Assembly (NCBI GenBank): GCA_966128725.1
Contig: CBHYLN010000046.1
Location: 1 to 35,187, forward strand
Source: an uncultured bacterium
Lineage (GTDB): Bacteria; Bacteroidota; Ignavibacteria; OLB7
DNA length: 35,187 bases
Reading direction: 5' to 3'
The notes under the pieces are model-generated. The model saw only the letters and a program-made list of their open reading frames with translations, made no database searches and had not been told where the DNA came from. Both the position numbers and the translations under genes were made by a program. How positions within the stretch are numbered: position 1 is the stretch's first letter; each line of letters starts with the position of its first letter. This document shows positions 1-8,811 of the stretch, one piece after another.

Positions 1-770
1 CCGTGCGCACGATGCCGCCACGGCCCCAGCGTTGACCCCGGTGGCCTTTGTAGAAATGCAAACGTGGAGTTTTTATGATGTTACCACCTACTAGCACGTC
101 ACTTCCCCAGACGATCACATCCTCAACACCGTCCGCATCCAGATCGACGCTCAGAGCACGATACGCCTTCATCCACAAATCGGTTATCGTCGCCAGTCGT
201 GAGGTGTCAGCGGTAGAATACAACCCATCCGAATTGCCCCAGAAAATGACCACTCGCACGGTGGTATAGGCATGTCCGTTCTGCTCGGTTGTATCATCAA
301 TAATGTTGATTGTCGTCAATATGTCTTGATTGCCATCGGCATCCCAATCACCGGCGCATAACACCCTTGTCTGTGAACCGACTTCCGTTGGCCCAACCCG
401 TTGACCGCCTCGCGGGTCCGGCAGGCCACCACGCACGCCGTAATAAACGAACCATTCTATTGGTCTATAGCCGTTGAAACTGGTATCTCGCCGTTCATGT
501 TGTACGGCGAAGTCGGCGCGTGTATCGTGATTGATATCGCCAAGCGCGACAACGTCACTGCCATACCATTCATAATTGTCCACAGTAATCCAGCCCTTCA
601 TGAATCCATAGGGTTGGAAACAATGCATGAACGGATGCCGTGGGTCGGTTTTGGGTGGTTCTATCCGAAACTCGTTACAGCCCGGTTGCGCCGTGGCAAC
701 GCTTGCCGCGGCGAGCAGGGGAGCGGCGGCGCAGAAAGCAAGGCAGAGAATACCGCGGAATGTGTTCATG
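1..770 (-). CDS. Secreted FG-GAP/VCBS-type repeat protein. The C-terminus runs off the window edge, so the call is partial.
   Basis: Minus-strand ORF from the ATG (complement of 768-770) to the window edge. It is absent from the ORF track because no stop lies inside the window. The N-terminus MNTFRGILCLAFCAAAPLLAAASVATAQ reads as a signal peptide. Repeated Ca-binding-like motifs (LGDINHDTRADFAV, AGDWDADGNQDIL, DLDADGVEDVIVWG) are typical of FG-GAP/VCBS repeats. Confidence 0.5.
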
Positions 771-1018
771 ATATATAAACCGATATTTTCGGAAGAGTTA
801 CAGAAAAAACATCACGGGAACATACATACGCGCAAGCATGCCAAACAAGGCGGTGGGGGGCGTGGCATTATTGGTCCGGCAGGTACATCGGCATGGCGGG
901 CGCCGACGTTTCGATATTCTTGGTCGTTGTCAATAATTGGCGCGCATCCTCGAGCAATCGCATGAGCGTTGGTATGAAGCCCTTTCCCGGACAATCTGCT
1001 GCGCATGGTGCCATCCGC

Positions 1019-2389
1019 TTACGAGCGGCAAATCTCCATCACAACCCCGTCATCCGGCGCCAGCACAATGCCGCTGCGAACCGGGCGGGATAGGGCCTGG
1101 GCCGGGCGTGCCAGGCGAACCGTTGCGAACAACGTGGCCAGCACAACCTTCATCTCGTACAACGCGAATGCCATCCCAAGGCACATGCGATGCCCGCCGC
1201 CAAACGGATACCATTCGTGCGCGGAGTATCGCCGTTCGATAAAGCGTTCAGGGCGGAACAACAGCGGGTCGGGATAAAGATCCTCGCGATGATGCGTGAG
1301 GTGCCCCGAGGGGCAGAGCACGGTGCCTGCCGGATACTCGATGCCCTGCACCGCGAACGGTTTCTTCACCTTACGGACCACGAACGGCAGGATCGTGCGG
1401 CGGCGCAGGCTTTCGCGGATGGAGGCGTCCAGGTAGGCAAGCTGATTCAACTGCTCCGGTTGTGGTGGGCCGCCGCCGGTAACACGCAGCAATTCCTCGC
1501 GGATCAGGTCGGCAACATCCGGCATGGGAACAACCTGCTCCAGAAACCAGGCCAGCGCCACCGATGTGGTTTCGTGTCCGGCGAAAATCAGCTTTACCAA
1601 TGCATCGCGAACTTCGATATCCGCCAGCGGACGGCCGTCGTCGTGGGTTGCCTCCAGAAGGTCCGCGAGCACCGTTTCCCCACGCGCCCCGGGCGGTGTT
1701 GCGCGGCAGGCGGCGATCAGCGCGAACAGCTCCACATCCAGCGCGTGCATGCGACGATAAAACGGCAGCAGGCGATTGCGTTGCAGCATCCGCACCGGCA
1801 GGGCCTGTACCAGAATCAGGCCGTGGCGCCCACGGCCCAACGCAAGCACCCTGCGGACCAGGTGCGCCAGCTTCGCCAGCGTTGTTTGCGAATCGATCCC
1901 CAGCACAACCCGCAGCATCACGCGCAAGGTGATCTCCTGCATCGGCTCCAGCATGCGGCATTGTTGCCCGGGCCTCCATTGGCCAGCGAACTCCAGCGTT
2001 GCAGCCTGCATGGCGTTGAAGAACGCGCGCATTCGTTCGCCCTTCAGCGGTGGCAGCAATACTCGCCGCTGGCGAGTATGCGCGTCGCCATCCAGCACCA
2101 GCACCGAGTGTTCGCCCACGGCAAGGCTCAGGAACTCGTTGCCCTCACCCGAGTACAGCGTCTCGCGGTCCGCACGGAATATCTCCTTGACGGCCTCAGG
2201 CGCCGAGTGCACCACAAGCGTGCCATAGCCGGCAAGGCGCAGTGTGAACGGGTCGCCGTATCGCCGTGCGTTTTGTTCAAGGTACGTGAGCGATGACCCC
2301 GAGTATCGGGCAAGCTGCCAGGCCGCAGGTGTGCGAGGGCCTGGCGGGAAATTCGGTTGAGCGAACCTCACGGTGTTACCCTGATTCAT
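1019..2389 (-). CDS. Cytochrome P450 monooxygenase
   Basis: All three P450 signatures are present: the I-helix AGHETTS, the K-helix ExxR (ESLRRR), and the heme-binding loop FGGGHRMCLGMAFA. Start chosen at MNQGNTVRF, giving 457 aa, a typical P450 length. The longer 518-aa ORF adds an unlikely N-terminal extension. Confidence 0.85.
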   Translation of the reverse strand: MNQGNTVRFAQPNFPPGPRTPAAWQLARYSGSSLTYLEQNARRYGDPFTLRLAGYGTLVVHSAPEAVKEIFRADRETLYSGEGNEFLSLAVGEHSVLVLDGDAHTRQRRVLLPPLKGERMRAFFNAMQAATLEFAGQWRPGQQCRMLEPMQEITLRVMLRVVLGIDSQTTLAKLAHLVRRVLALGRGRHGLILVQALPVRMLQRNRLLPFYRRMHALDVELFALIAACRATPPGARGETVLADLLEATHDDGRPLADIEVRDALVKLIFAGHETTSVALAWFLEQVVPMPDVADLIREELLRVTGGGPPQPEQLNQLAYLDASIRESLRRRTILPFVVRKVKKPFAVQGIEYPAGTVLCPSGHLTHHREDLYPDPLLFRPERFIERRYSAHEWYPFGGGHRMCLGMAFALYEMKVVLATLFATVRLARPAQALSRPVRSGIVLAPDDGVVMEICRS

Positions 2390-2439
2390 GGCTGTTCTGA
2401 TCCATCTCGTGCGTGCAACATACCGATCATTGCCCGCAT
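2386..2439 (-). other. 17-codon upstream ORF (MRAMIGMLHARDGSEQP) whose stop overlaps the P450 start in an ATGA arrangement
   Basis: Read directly from the minus strand. The TGA stop shares two bases with the P450 ATG. No convincing SD precedes it. It may be chance in a GC-rich leader. Confidence 0.15.
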
Positions 2440-2592
2440 CCGAACCCACACGGTGATGGGTGTTGCAGCTTGAGATAGTGCTGGGGTGGGCGGCCCGTTC
2501 CGGCGTTATCCGTGGATTGTACACATCCGACCGTGGGGTTAGTTTCCCGCCGGCGCGATTACAATCCATCCCCATTCAAGAGGAGTTTGCGT

Positions 2593-3306
2593 GTGAAGCC
2601 CATCGTCTCCGTTGTATGCCTTCTTCAGTTGCTGTGTGGTTGCAGCCTTGTGGCGCAGAACCTTTCGCCGGAAACCGTGTTCCGCCGCTATCTGGTGAGC
2701 GGGGATAGCTCCATCGCGGCGGCGTTGATCAAAAGCGACAGCGTGTATGGCACCTACTGCCGTGCAATGCTCACACAGGATCAAGCCGAGAAGCGCGCGT
2801 TGTTCGCCCGGTTTGTCGCGATGAAGCCCGGCGCCGGCCTCGCCGATGCGCACATGTGGCGCGGTGTAAGCTTCGAGGCCGACAATATGCTGGATTCGGC
2901 GTTGGCCGAGCTTTCAACGGCAATTGCGCTTGGTGATGGCAGCATGTATGCGTACTACTTCCGTGGTATCACATACCTGGATCAGAAGAAGAATGCGCAG
3001 GCGGCTGAGGATTTCACGCGTTCGATTGATATCGAGCCCAAATTTTACCTGGCATGGCACATGCGAGGCATCGCGCGCATGGATCTGGACGAATACGAGA
3101 AAGCCGGCGACGATTTCACCGAGGCGATGCGGCTGGAACCGCGCTATGCCGATCCTTACATGATGCGCGGCATGGTGCACGAGCATTTCGGCCGATTCGA
3201 TGAAGCCATTGCCGATTGGGAAGCGGCGGCCCGATATAACCCGGACCATGCCAGCCGCGCCGAGCAGATGATCAACGCCGCCAGGGAGAAGGCCGCGAAG
3301 AAATAG
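2593..3306 (+). CDS. TPR-repeat lipoprotein
   Basis: GTG start 7 nt after AGGAGT. The N-terminus VKPIVSVVCLLQLLCGCS reads as signal peptide plus lipobox. The rest consists of tetratricopeptide-like repeats (AYYFRGITYLDQKKNAQAAEDFTRSIDIEP, AWHMRGIARMDLDEYEKAGDDFTEAMRLEP, PYMMRGMVHEHFGRFDEAIADWEAAARYNP). Confidence 0.7.
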   Translation: MKPIVSVVCLLQLLCGCSLVAQNLSPETVFRRYLVSGDSSIAAALIKSDSVYGTYCRAMLTQDQAEKRALFARFVAMKPGAGLADAHMWRGVSFEADNMLDSALAELSTAIALGDGSMYAYYFRGITYLDQKKNAQAAEDFTRSIDIEPKFYLAWHMRGIARMDLDEYEKAGDDFTEAMRLEPRYADPYMMRGMVHEHFGRFDEAIADWEAAARYNPDHASRAEQMINAAREKAAKK

Positions 3307-3321
3307 CGGAGGACATGTGCC

Positions 3322-3412
3322 GCGCCGATGGCGCCGGTTGCGCACACGGTTGGGCGGCCGCATCCGCGCGCATAATGCATGCCTGTATATCCGGGTATAC
3401 AGGGCAGTCCGT
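3322..3412. repeat. Copy A of a ~90-bp direct repeat. It carries the 20-bp perfect palindrome CTGTATATCCGGGTATACAG at 3383-3402.
   Basis: Copies A and B share a start motif (gccgatggcgc[c/t]ggttg), a GC-rich core (gccgcatccgcgcgc) and a palindrome-bearing end (ctgtatatccgggtatacagggcagt[c/t]cg). Confidence 0.7.
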
Positions 3413-3489
3413 GAAATGCAAAAAGCGGGATGCGAAATGCGAAATGCAGAAAGCAAAAAGCGGAATGCAAAATGCAGAATGAGGCAATG
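3413..3489. repeat. Tandem heptanucleotide array, 11 units with consensus RRAATGC
   Basis: Units in order: GAAATGC AAAAAGC GGGATGC GAAATGC GAAATGC AGAAAGC AAAAAGC GGAATGC AAAATGC AGAATGA GGCAATG. The 7-bp period is exact, is not a multiple of 3, and the array is non-coding. Confidence 0.75.
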
Positions 3490-3612
3490 TGTTGGCCGAT
3501 GGCGCTGGTTGGGGGTGATTGTGCGCTCGGTTGTGCAGCCGCATCCGCGCGCGCAACGCATCACTCATATCTCATAACGCAGGGCTGTATATCCGGGTAT
3601 ACAGGGCAGTTC
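3486..3612. repeat. Copy B of the direct repeat. It carries a second copy of the 20-bp palindrome at 3585-3604.
   Basis: See copy A. The palindrome lies 32 bp upstream of the ATG of the small ORF at 3637. Confidence 0.7.
3585..3604. promoter_or_regulatory. Candidate operator, a palindrome with CTGTATA arms, TATACAG arms and a 6-nt spacer, upstream of the small ORF
   Basis: Both arms are perfect reverse complements. An identical site sits at 3383-3402. The half-sites resemble LexA-type CTGT...ACAG boxes but the spacing differs. Confidence 0.4.
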
Positions 3613-3636
3613 GCGAAGCCGGAGAAGGAGCAGCTC

Positions 3637-3759
3637 ATGTCGACAAGCAGTCAGGCACATGTTGCTCTCGATCTGTCCAGGCTGTCTCGTGTGGGATACA
3701 TTGTTCGCGTAAGTGATGCTGTGGCGCATCCCGCGGTTCGGATGCTTACGATCTGGTAA
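3637..3759 (+). CDS. Hypothetical 40-aa protein (MSTSSQAHVALDLSRLSRVGYIVRVSDAVAHPAVRMLTIW)
   Basis: The ATG is 7 nt downstream of GGAGAAGGAG, the strongest SD-like purine run seen in the window. It lies directly downstream of palindrome copy B. No homology is recognised. Confidence 0.25.
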   Translation: MSTSSQAHVALDLSRLSRVGYIVRVSDAVAHPAVRMLTIW

Positions 3760-3843
3760 TCCAACCCGGAAAGCCAGAAAACTGGTGCTGCCTTGGTACG
3801 AACGTTGGCTCCGGTTTGGATGTTGTCATTGCAATTCCATGCT

Positions 3844-4764
3844 TCAAGGCCGCGCCACGACTTCCCAGTACGAGTACTCGTATGGGAATAAGTCAGAATC
3901 CTCGACTCGTGTGTGAATCAAACATCGATTGCGCACCAGTTCGATCATTGTGGCGGCTGATAGATCGTCCACTTCGTGGTCGATACCGTTCAATGATTGT
4001 TCGCCGTCGACGTTGAAGAAGTACCGCCCAGCAAGGCAGTAATCGCGACGATGCTCCGTACGCCACTGCGAGTTGCTGCCCCATCCGTGAGACATGTCAT
4101 TGCATGGGCGATCGCGCCGCGCATACGTCCAATACAGTGTGCTTTGTTCGGCGACGTCTTTCAACACGAACGATGAACCACCCTCAACTACACACCCGGC
4201 GCGCGAGAACATCAGGTCACCAAGCATCAGGCCGGGCCACAGTTCGTCAACGATGCGGATTGGGGCGTCATCGGCTGCCGATTGAACCACCGATACGATT
4301 TCATGATGAAACGGATGAAAATCCGTCGCACGCGGCACATAAAATCCAAGTTGTTCGTGAAAATTTTGAAACTCGGCAACGGAAATTGTCGGGCCAACAA
4401 AAAGATCGCAGTTGAACCTGGCCTGCTGGAAGCCAAGAAGCAGGACAGAGGTAACTCGGAAAAGAGCGTACAACCTGCACAAATCATTGCCGTTTGCAGC
4501 ACTCCAGCTGTTGTTGGTACGATATTGAAAGTCGCGAAACCAGCGACGTTCGTTTTCGTTGTCCACCAGCCATGGCGCAAGTACGTCCGAATAGATGCGG
4601 TTGCCATCGTACGCCAATAGCGCCTGGTGGAGTTGATAATATGGATACTGCGTGTGGTACATACTTCGGCGACAAACTCGAACTGACTTGCGGAGAGCGT
4701 GGTTGGCGAACGTGAACCAATTTCCACGATCCTTAATCGAATCGGCACACTGCCACGGGAACAC
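3844..4764 (-). CDS. Hypothetical protein of 306 aa, probably co-transcribed downstream of the flotillin gene
   Basis: Its ATG lies 44 bp after the flotillin stop on the same strand. Composition is balanced and Trp-rich, unlike the Arg/Ala-rich antisense artefacts. No family is recognised from the sequence. The HPFHHE and DMSHGWG motifs are noted but are not diagnostic. Confidence 0.45.
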   Translation of the reverse strand: MFPWQCADSIKDRGNWFTFANHALRKSVRVCRRSMYHTQYPYYQLHQALLAYDGNRIYSDVLAPWLVDNENERRWFRDFQYRTNNSWSAANGNDLCRLYALFRVTSVLLLGFQQARFNCDLFVGPTISVAEFQNFHEQLGFYVPRATDFHPFHHEIVSVVQSAADDAPIRIVDELWPGLMLGDLMFSRAGCVVEGGSSFVLKDVAEQSTLYWTYARRDRPCNDMSHGWGSNSQWRTEHRRDYCLAGRYFFNVDGEQSLNGIDHEVDDLSAATMIELVRNRCLIHTRVEDSDLFPYEYSYWEVVARP

Positions 4765-4807
4765 GCGTGGTGTTCCCGTGGCGAATGACTTCGATGGGGC
4801 CGAGCCG

Positions 4808-6682
4808 CTACGGCTTCTCCGGTGGCGCCGGAGGAGCAGGGTGGGGCGGCGGTGCGGGCACCGACGCGGGCGCGGACACGGGCCTGTTGATGCCGGCGTT
4901 TACAAGGTTCGCCAGCAGCACATTCACCAGCGAATTACCACCATCGCTGCCGCCGGAGCCGCCGGCCACGATGTGCGGCACCAGCGGGATGCGGGCCTCG
5001 GCCAGCGCACGGCCAACCTCGATTACCGCGTAGTTGTTCTGCCCAACGGCGGCTGTCTTCAATCGGATCACCTCCGCTTCCGACGTACCAACCGCCGTGA
5101 TCTTCCGCCCCTCGGCCTCGCCCACGGTCACCAGCACATTGGCGTCGGCCTGGGCGTTGATCGTCTTCGACTTCGCGTCGCCCTCGGCCTTCTTCACGGC
5201 GGCCTGTGCGTCGAAGTCCGCGATCTCCACCTTCCGCTGCGCGGTTACCACCTGTGGCTGGGTGTCGGCAATCGCCTGCGCCTGCGCCAGCTCCTTGCGT
5301 GTCACCTGCGCCAGCCGCTGCGTTTCAAACGTCACCTTCTCCTGCTCGGCCAGCTTGCGATCGGTAAGCGTCTTCATCAATTCCTCGGGCGGCACGATGT
5401 CGCCGATCAACGTGTCCACGGCGCTTACGTTATACTCGGCCAATGCCTCGCCGATGCGCTGCTTGGCGTCCTCCTGGCGCTCCTTGCGTGTCTTCAGGAA
5501 GTCGATCACGTCCGAGCCCTGCGCCGCGTTGCGGAAGTAGTTGCCGATCGTGGGCTCCAGCACCTGCGTTACCAGATTTGCCATGCTGCCGAACCGGGCG
5601 ATCACCTTCGGGGCCTCGTTGCGCGGCACGTGGATGATCTGGCTGACATCCAGATTGAACTTGAAGCCGTCGGAGGATCGCACCGATATCGTGGAGAGCT
5701 TTTCGTCCAGCCTGTGCGACTCGGTTTTTCCCGTGGCCCAGTTCAGCACCACGTTTGCCGTGGGCACGCATTCCACCTTGTGCGTGTAGATGTTGATGGG
5801 GTACTTGCCGGGGTCCAGCGGATCAACCCACACACCCTTCATCCCGCGCTTTACCAGGTTGCCGTGCTTGAACGCATCGCCGGTCTGGTCCTCGCCGAAC
5901 TCGCCTACGTAGGCGATCACCACGCCCGCGTTGGCGATGGGCACGGTGGTCATCTCGTGCACCTCAACGGTTGCGAACCGTGGGTTGATGAAATACCGCC
6001 CGGCCAGGATCACCTGCTCCTGCAAGCCCTTCAGCCCGCCGTTGTCCAGAAACGCCTGCCCGTCCTGGAACAGATTATGCCCGGCAATCTCGTGGCCGGC
6101 GATATCGCCGGTCGGGAGCGACTTTCCTTCCTTCGTCGTCACGATGCCCACCATGTTGTCCTGAATTTCCGTGACGGGCTCCTCCACGATCGAGAACAGC
6201 GCTGTGTTGATACGGTACGTTCCCGGCGGCACCACCGTGATCTGCGGGCCGCGCTCGCCGCCGTTCTCCAGAAACATCCGGGCGTTCTGGAACGCGTCGC
6301 ACTCCACGCGTTTTGCCAGCACGCGTCCGTCGCCAAGGGGGATACCGTCGCGCGTTTCCACAACGCCCACGTATCCCTCGCGGATGGTCATGAACTTCTG
6401 GCGGGTGATGGTAAACTGCCACGGCCAGTACCCGAAGTACAGGCCCGGCGCCAGCGTATCGGCCTGGAACCCGGCCTCGCCGCGCAGGGCAATCAGCTTG
6501 CCGTCGGGCAGGGAACGGTTCGCGCCCCACAGCACGAACTTCTTGTTCACGATACCGATGCAGTCCTCGGGGATTACCGCGATCCCAAGCAGACGGAAGG
6601 TCCACTTATAGAACAGGATGAACAGTATCAGCGGTACGATCCACCAAAGGTAGGCGCCAAACTGCGTCAGCAAAATCTCCAT
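4808..6682 (-). CDS. Flotillin / SPFH (band-7) family membrane protein, YqiK/FloT-like
   Basis: An N-terminal TM helix (AYLWWIVPLILFILFY) is followed by an SPFH domain, a long Ala/Glu/Gln-rich coiled-coil (KLAEQEKVTFETQRLAQVTRKELAQAQAIAD...) and a Gly-rich, Pro-rich tail. GGAGAG sits 8 nt upstream of the ATG. Confidence 0.85.
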   Translation of the reverse strand: MEILLTQFGAYLWWIVPLILFILFYKWTFRLLGIAVIPEDCIGIVNKKFVLWGANRSLPDGKLIALRGEAGFQADTLAPGLYFGYWPWQFTITRQKFMTIREGYVGVVETRDGIPLGDGRVLAKRVECDAFQNARMFLENGGERGPQITVVPPGTYRINTALFSIVEEPVTEIQDNMVGIVTTKEGKSLPTGDIAGHEIAGHNLFQDGQAFLDNGGLKGLQEQVILAGRYFINPRFATVEVHEMTTVPIANAGVVIAYVGEFGEDQTGDAFKHGNLVKRGMKGVWVDPLDPGKYPINIYTHKVECVPTANVVLNWATGKTESHRLDEKLSTISVRSSDGFKFNLDVSQIIHVPRNEAPKVIARFGSMANLVTQVLEPTIGNYFRNAAQGSDVIDFLKTRKERQEDAKQRIGEALAEYNVSAVDTLIGDIVPPEELMKTLTDRKLAEQEKVTFETQRLAQVTRKELAQAQAIADTQPQVVTAQRKVEIADFDAQAAVKKAEGDAKSKTINAQADANVLVTVGEAEGRKITAVGTSEAEVIRLKTAAVGQNNYAVIEVGRALAEARIPLVPHIVAGGSGGSDGGNSLVNVLLANLVNAGINRPVSAPASVPAPPPHPAPPAPPEKP

Positions 6683-7095
6683 CGAACATTCTCTCCGTAT
6701 CGCCGGAATCGCCGGCGGGCTGTGTGTGTGTGCCCCAGCTTGCGCCTTGCAGGGGCCTGTAGCGGTGTGCTTCCCGGGCGTTCCGCGGCGTGTGGCGACG
6801 GCGCGCGCAGGGTAGTGGATGGGCCAAAGATAATACCGTCGGCATCATGGGCCGTGGGTGGAACTGGCGTGGTTGGCACTGGTGTAGCTGGCACGGGCGC
6901 CGGGCCTTCTTACAGCGCACAACGCGCACGATGCCAGGAGCAGGTCGCCAGGCCGAAGCGGTTCGCCCACACGGTCAATATCCCGGCAACCGGTATTCGA
7001 TACGCCGCGAATGCGTGGTATGTGATAGATTCAAGGCGCCGCGCGGGGCCATAGTGGAGGCTCCGTGGTGCGCGATCACTTGCTTCAGGCAGCAT

Positions 7096-7890
7096 ATGCC
7101 GGCGTTGCGCAGCACACATATCGCCGTTCTGGTCCTTGTCGCCGTGGCTCTTGTGGCGGGCGGTCTGGTGCTGTTCCGCGAGCCCGACAAGCCGGATGCG
7201 CCGGGCTCCACGGCCGGCGCAATGGCGCCCTCGGGGGCGATCAATCCGGATGACACCACGTATCTGTGCTACATCATCGATCCCCGTGCCACGCCGGTGG
7301 AGATGTTCTGGCGCGACGATCGCGACCAGACAATCGGCAGCCTGGCGGGCCTGCGCGCCTTGACCCAGCGGCAGGGGCGCCGCCTGCGCTTCGCGATGAA
7401 CGGAGGCATGTACCATCCCGATCGAAATCCCGTTGGGCTTTTCATCCAGAACCGTCGGGTGCTGCGACCGTTGGACACCACCAGCGGGCTTGGGAATTTC
7501 TACCTGAAGCCGAACGGCGTGTTCCTGATCCGTAGGGACCATACCGCCGCTGTTGTTGCCAGCGAGCGTTTTGTGTACACCAGCGATCTGCTGTACGCCA
7601 CGCAGTCCGGCCCGATGCTGTTGGTTGACGGCGTACGCCACCCCGTGTTCGAGGAACCTTCCCAGCATCTCAACATCCGCAACGGTGTGGGCGTGCGGCC
7701 GGATGGTACGGTGGTGTTCGCCATCTCGCGTGTAAAAGTGAACCTGTATGCGTTCGCGGAATATTTCCGTCGCATGGGCTGCACCAATGCGCTGTATCTG
7801 GATGGGTTTGTCTCGCGGTGTTATTGCCCGGAAATGGGCTGCGAACAGCTCGACGGCAATTTCGGTGTGATGATCGGCATAACATGGTAA
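7096..7890 (+). CDS. Phosphodiester glycosidase family protein (NAGPA/DUF2233-like)
   Basis: A TM/signal anchor (IAVLVLVAVALVAGGLVLF) is followed by motifs characteristic of the family: RFAMNGGMY, ATQSGPMLLVDG, NIRNGVGVRPDGTVVFAIS and MGCTNALYLDGFVS. Confidence 0.6.
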   Translation: MPALRSTHIAVLVLVAVALVAGGLVLFREPDKPDAPGSTAGAMAPSGAINPDDTTYLCYIIDPRATPVEMFWRDDRDQTIGSLAGLRALTQRQGRRLRFAMNGGMYHPDRNPVGLFIQNRRVLRPLDTTSGLGNFYLKPNGVFLIRRDHTAAVVASERFVYTSDLLYATQSGPMLLVDGVRHPVFEEPSQHLNIRNGVGVRPDGTVVFAISRVKVNLYAFAEYFRRMGCTNALYLDGFVSRCYCPEMGCEQLDGNFGVMIGITW

Positions 7891-7932
7891 CGCGGCACAC
7901 GCCGTGAAAGGCCTGGCCGGTCGGAACCCTGG

Positions 7933-8688
7933 TCACGGCAGGGCGAGTACATCGCCCAACCATTGGCCGCCACTATCCCGCGCAATCACCAGGGCCGCCT
8001 GTGTATCGTCGGCAGATGCCAGCGGCTGCCCACCCGGCGCCCAGATCGCGCTGCGACCCGCCGCCGTGTATCCGCCGCTTGGCGCATTGTAGTTGGCCAT
8101 CACAACCAGCATGTCGTGGCGCCGGGCGTAGTCGGCAAGCAGCGCCGTGTCGGGGGCATACCCTGTATCGGTGATGAACACGCCGGCAGCGTAGATGCCC
8201 GCATCGCGAGCCGCGTACAATGCCGGGTGTGATGCGTGTGTGATATCGGCACAGACCGCAACGCCAACGATATGTCGGGTATCGAGGCCCGCCACAACAA
8301 GCGGTGCGGCGCCCTCCGTGAAATACTCCTCCTCGCCAGGATGCAGGTGCATCTTGTGATACGCTGTGATCGCGCCATCGGCGCCAAGGACCACCGCGCC
8401 AATGGCCGGCTTCGGCGCATCAACGGCAAGCGGTGCGCCAAGGATGGCGGTGATGCCAAGCTCGCGTGCCAGCAGGGCAAGCGGTTGCAGGCGGAGGTCG
8501 TTTGCGGTGAATGCCAGCGATGCCGCCAGCCGGGGCTCGTAACCCGTCAGCGACAGTTCCGGGAACACCACCACATCCACACCGCGCGCTGCCGCGGCGC
8601 GCATCATGGCCGCGTGTGTTTCCGTGTTCGCGGCAACGTTGCCGGCAACCGCGCCAATCTGGGCGGCCGCGATGCTGAATTCCTTCAT
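7933..8688 (-). CDS. Carbon-nitrogen hydrolase (nitrilase superfamily)
   Basis: The catalytic E-K-C triad context is present: VFPELSLTGY, YHKMHL and VAVCADI. Start chosen at MKEFSIAAAQ. An upstream in-frame ATG is possible. Confidence 0.8.
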   Translation of the reverse strand: MKEFSIAAAQIGAVAGNVAANTETHAAMMRAAAARGVDVVVFPELSLTGYEPRLAASLAFTANDLRLQPLALLARELGITAILGAPLAVDAPKPAIGAVVLGADGAITAYHKMHLHPGEEEYFTEGAAPLVVAGLDTRHIVGVAVCADITHASHPALYAARDAGIYAAGVFITDTGYAPDTALLADYARRHDMLVVMANYNAPSGGYTAAGRSAIWAPGGQPLASADDTQAALVIARDSGGQWLGDVLALP

Positions 8689-8811
8689 CGATGGTTTCCG
8701 TTTCCGTGCAAACGCCATCAGGCCAGTGTTTGCCGCCGATAATACACCACGGGCACGGTGCGTGCAACCGCATCGTGCCCGTGGCCGATCCATCTCCTTA
8801 TGCTACGCCGG

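Noticed and set aside
2386-2592. Biarylitide-type (tiny precursor plus P450) RiPP hypothesis
   Set aside because: The only small ORFs upstream of the P450 (MRAMIGMLHARDGSEQP and MCTIHG) lack the Tyr/Trp-x-His crosslinking residues and have no SD. It is kept only as a low-confidence note.
6722-6732. (TG)5 microsatellite in the divergent flotillin / phosphodiester-glycosidase promoter region
   Set aside because: It is too short to be a credible phase-variation tract and common by chance.
4652-7054. 800-aa plus-strand ORF
   Set aside because: It is antisense to the flotillin gene. It is Arg/Leu/Gly/His-rich with no domains, which is the typical shadow ORF of high-GC DNA. The same reasoning applies to 1190-2296 (antisense to the P450), 10539-12383 (antisense to the SBBP gene), 12778-13842, 21013-21996, 23144-24730, 25603-26514, 28286-29662 and 32709-34805.
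7901-7939. Hairpin GCCGTGA...TCACGGC between the convergent phosphodiester glycosidase and nitrilase genes
   Set aside because: The stem is only 7 bp with a 25-nt loop and no U-tract. That is too weak to call a terminator.
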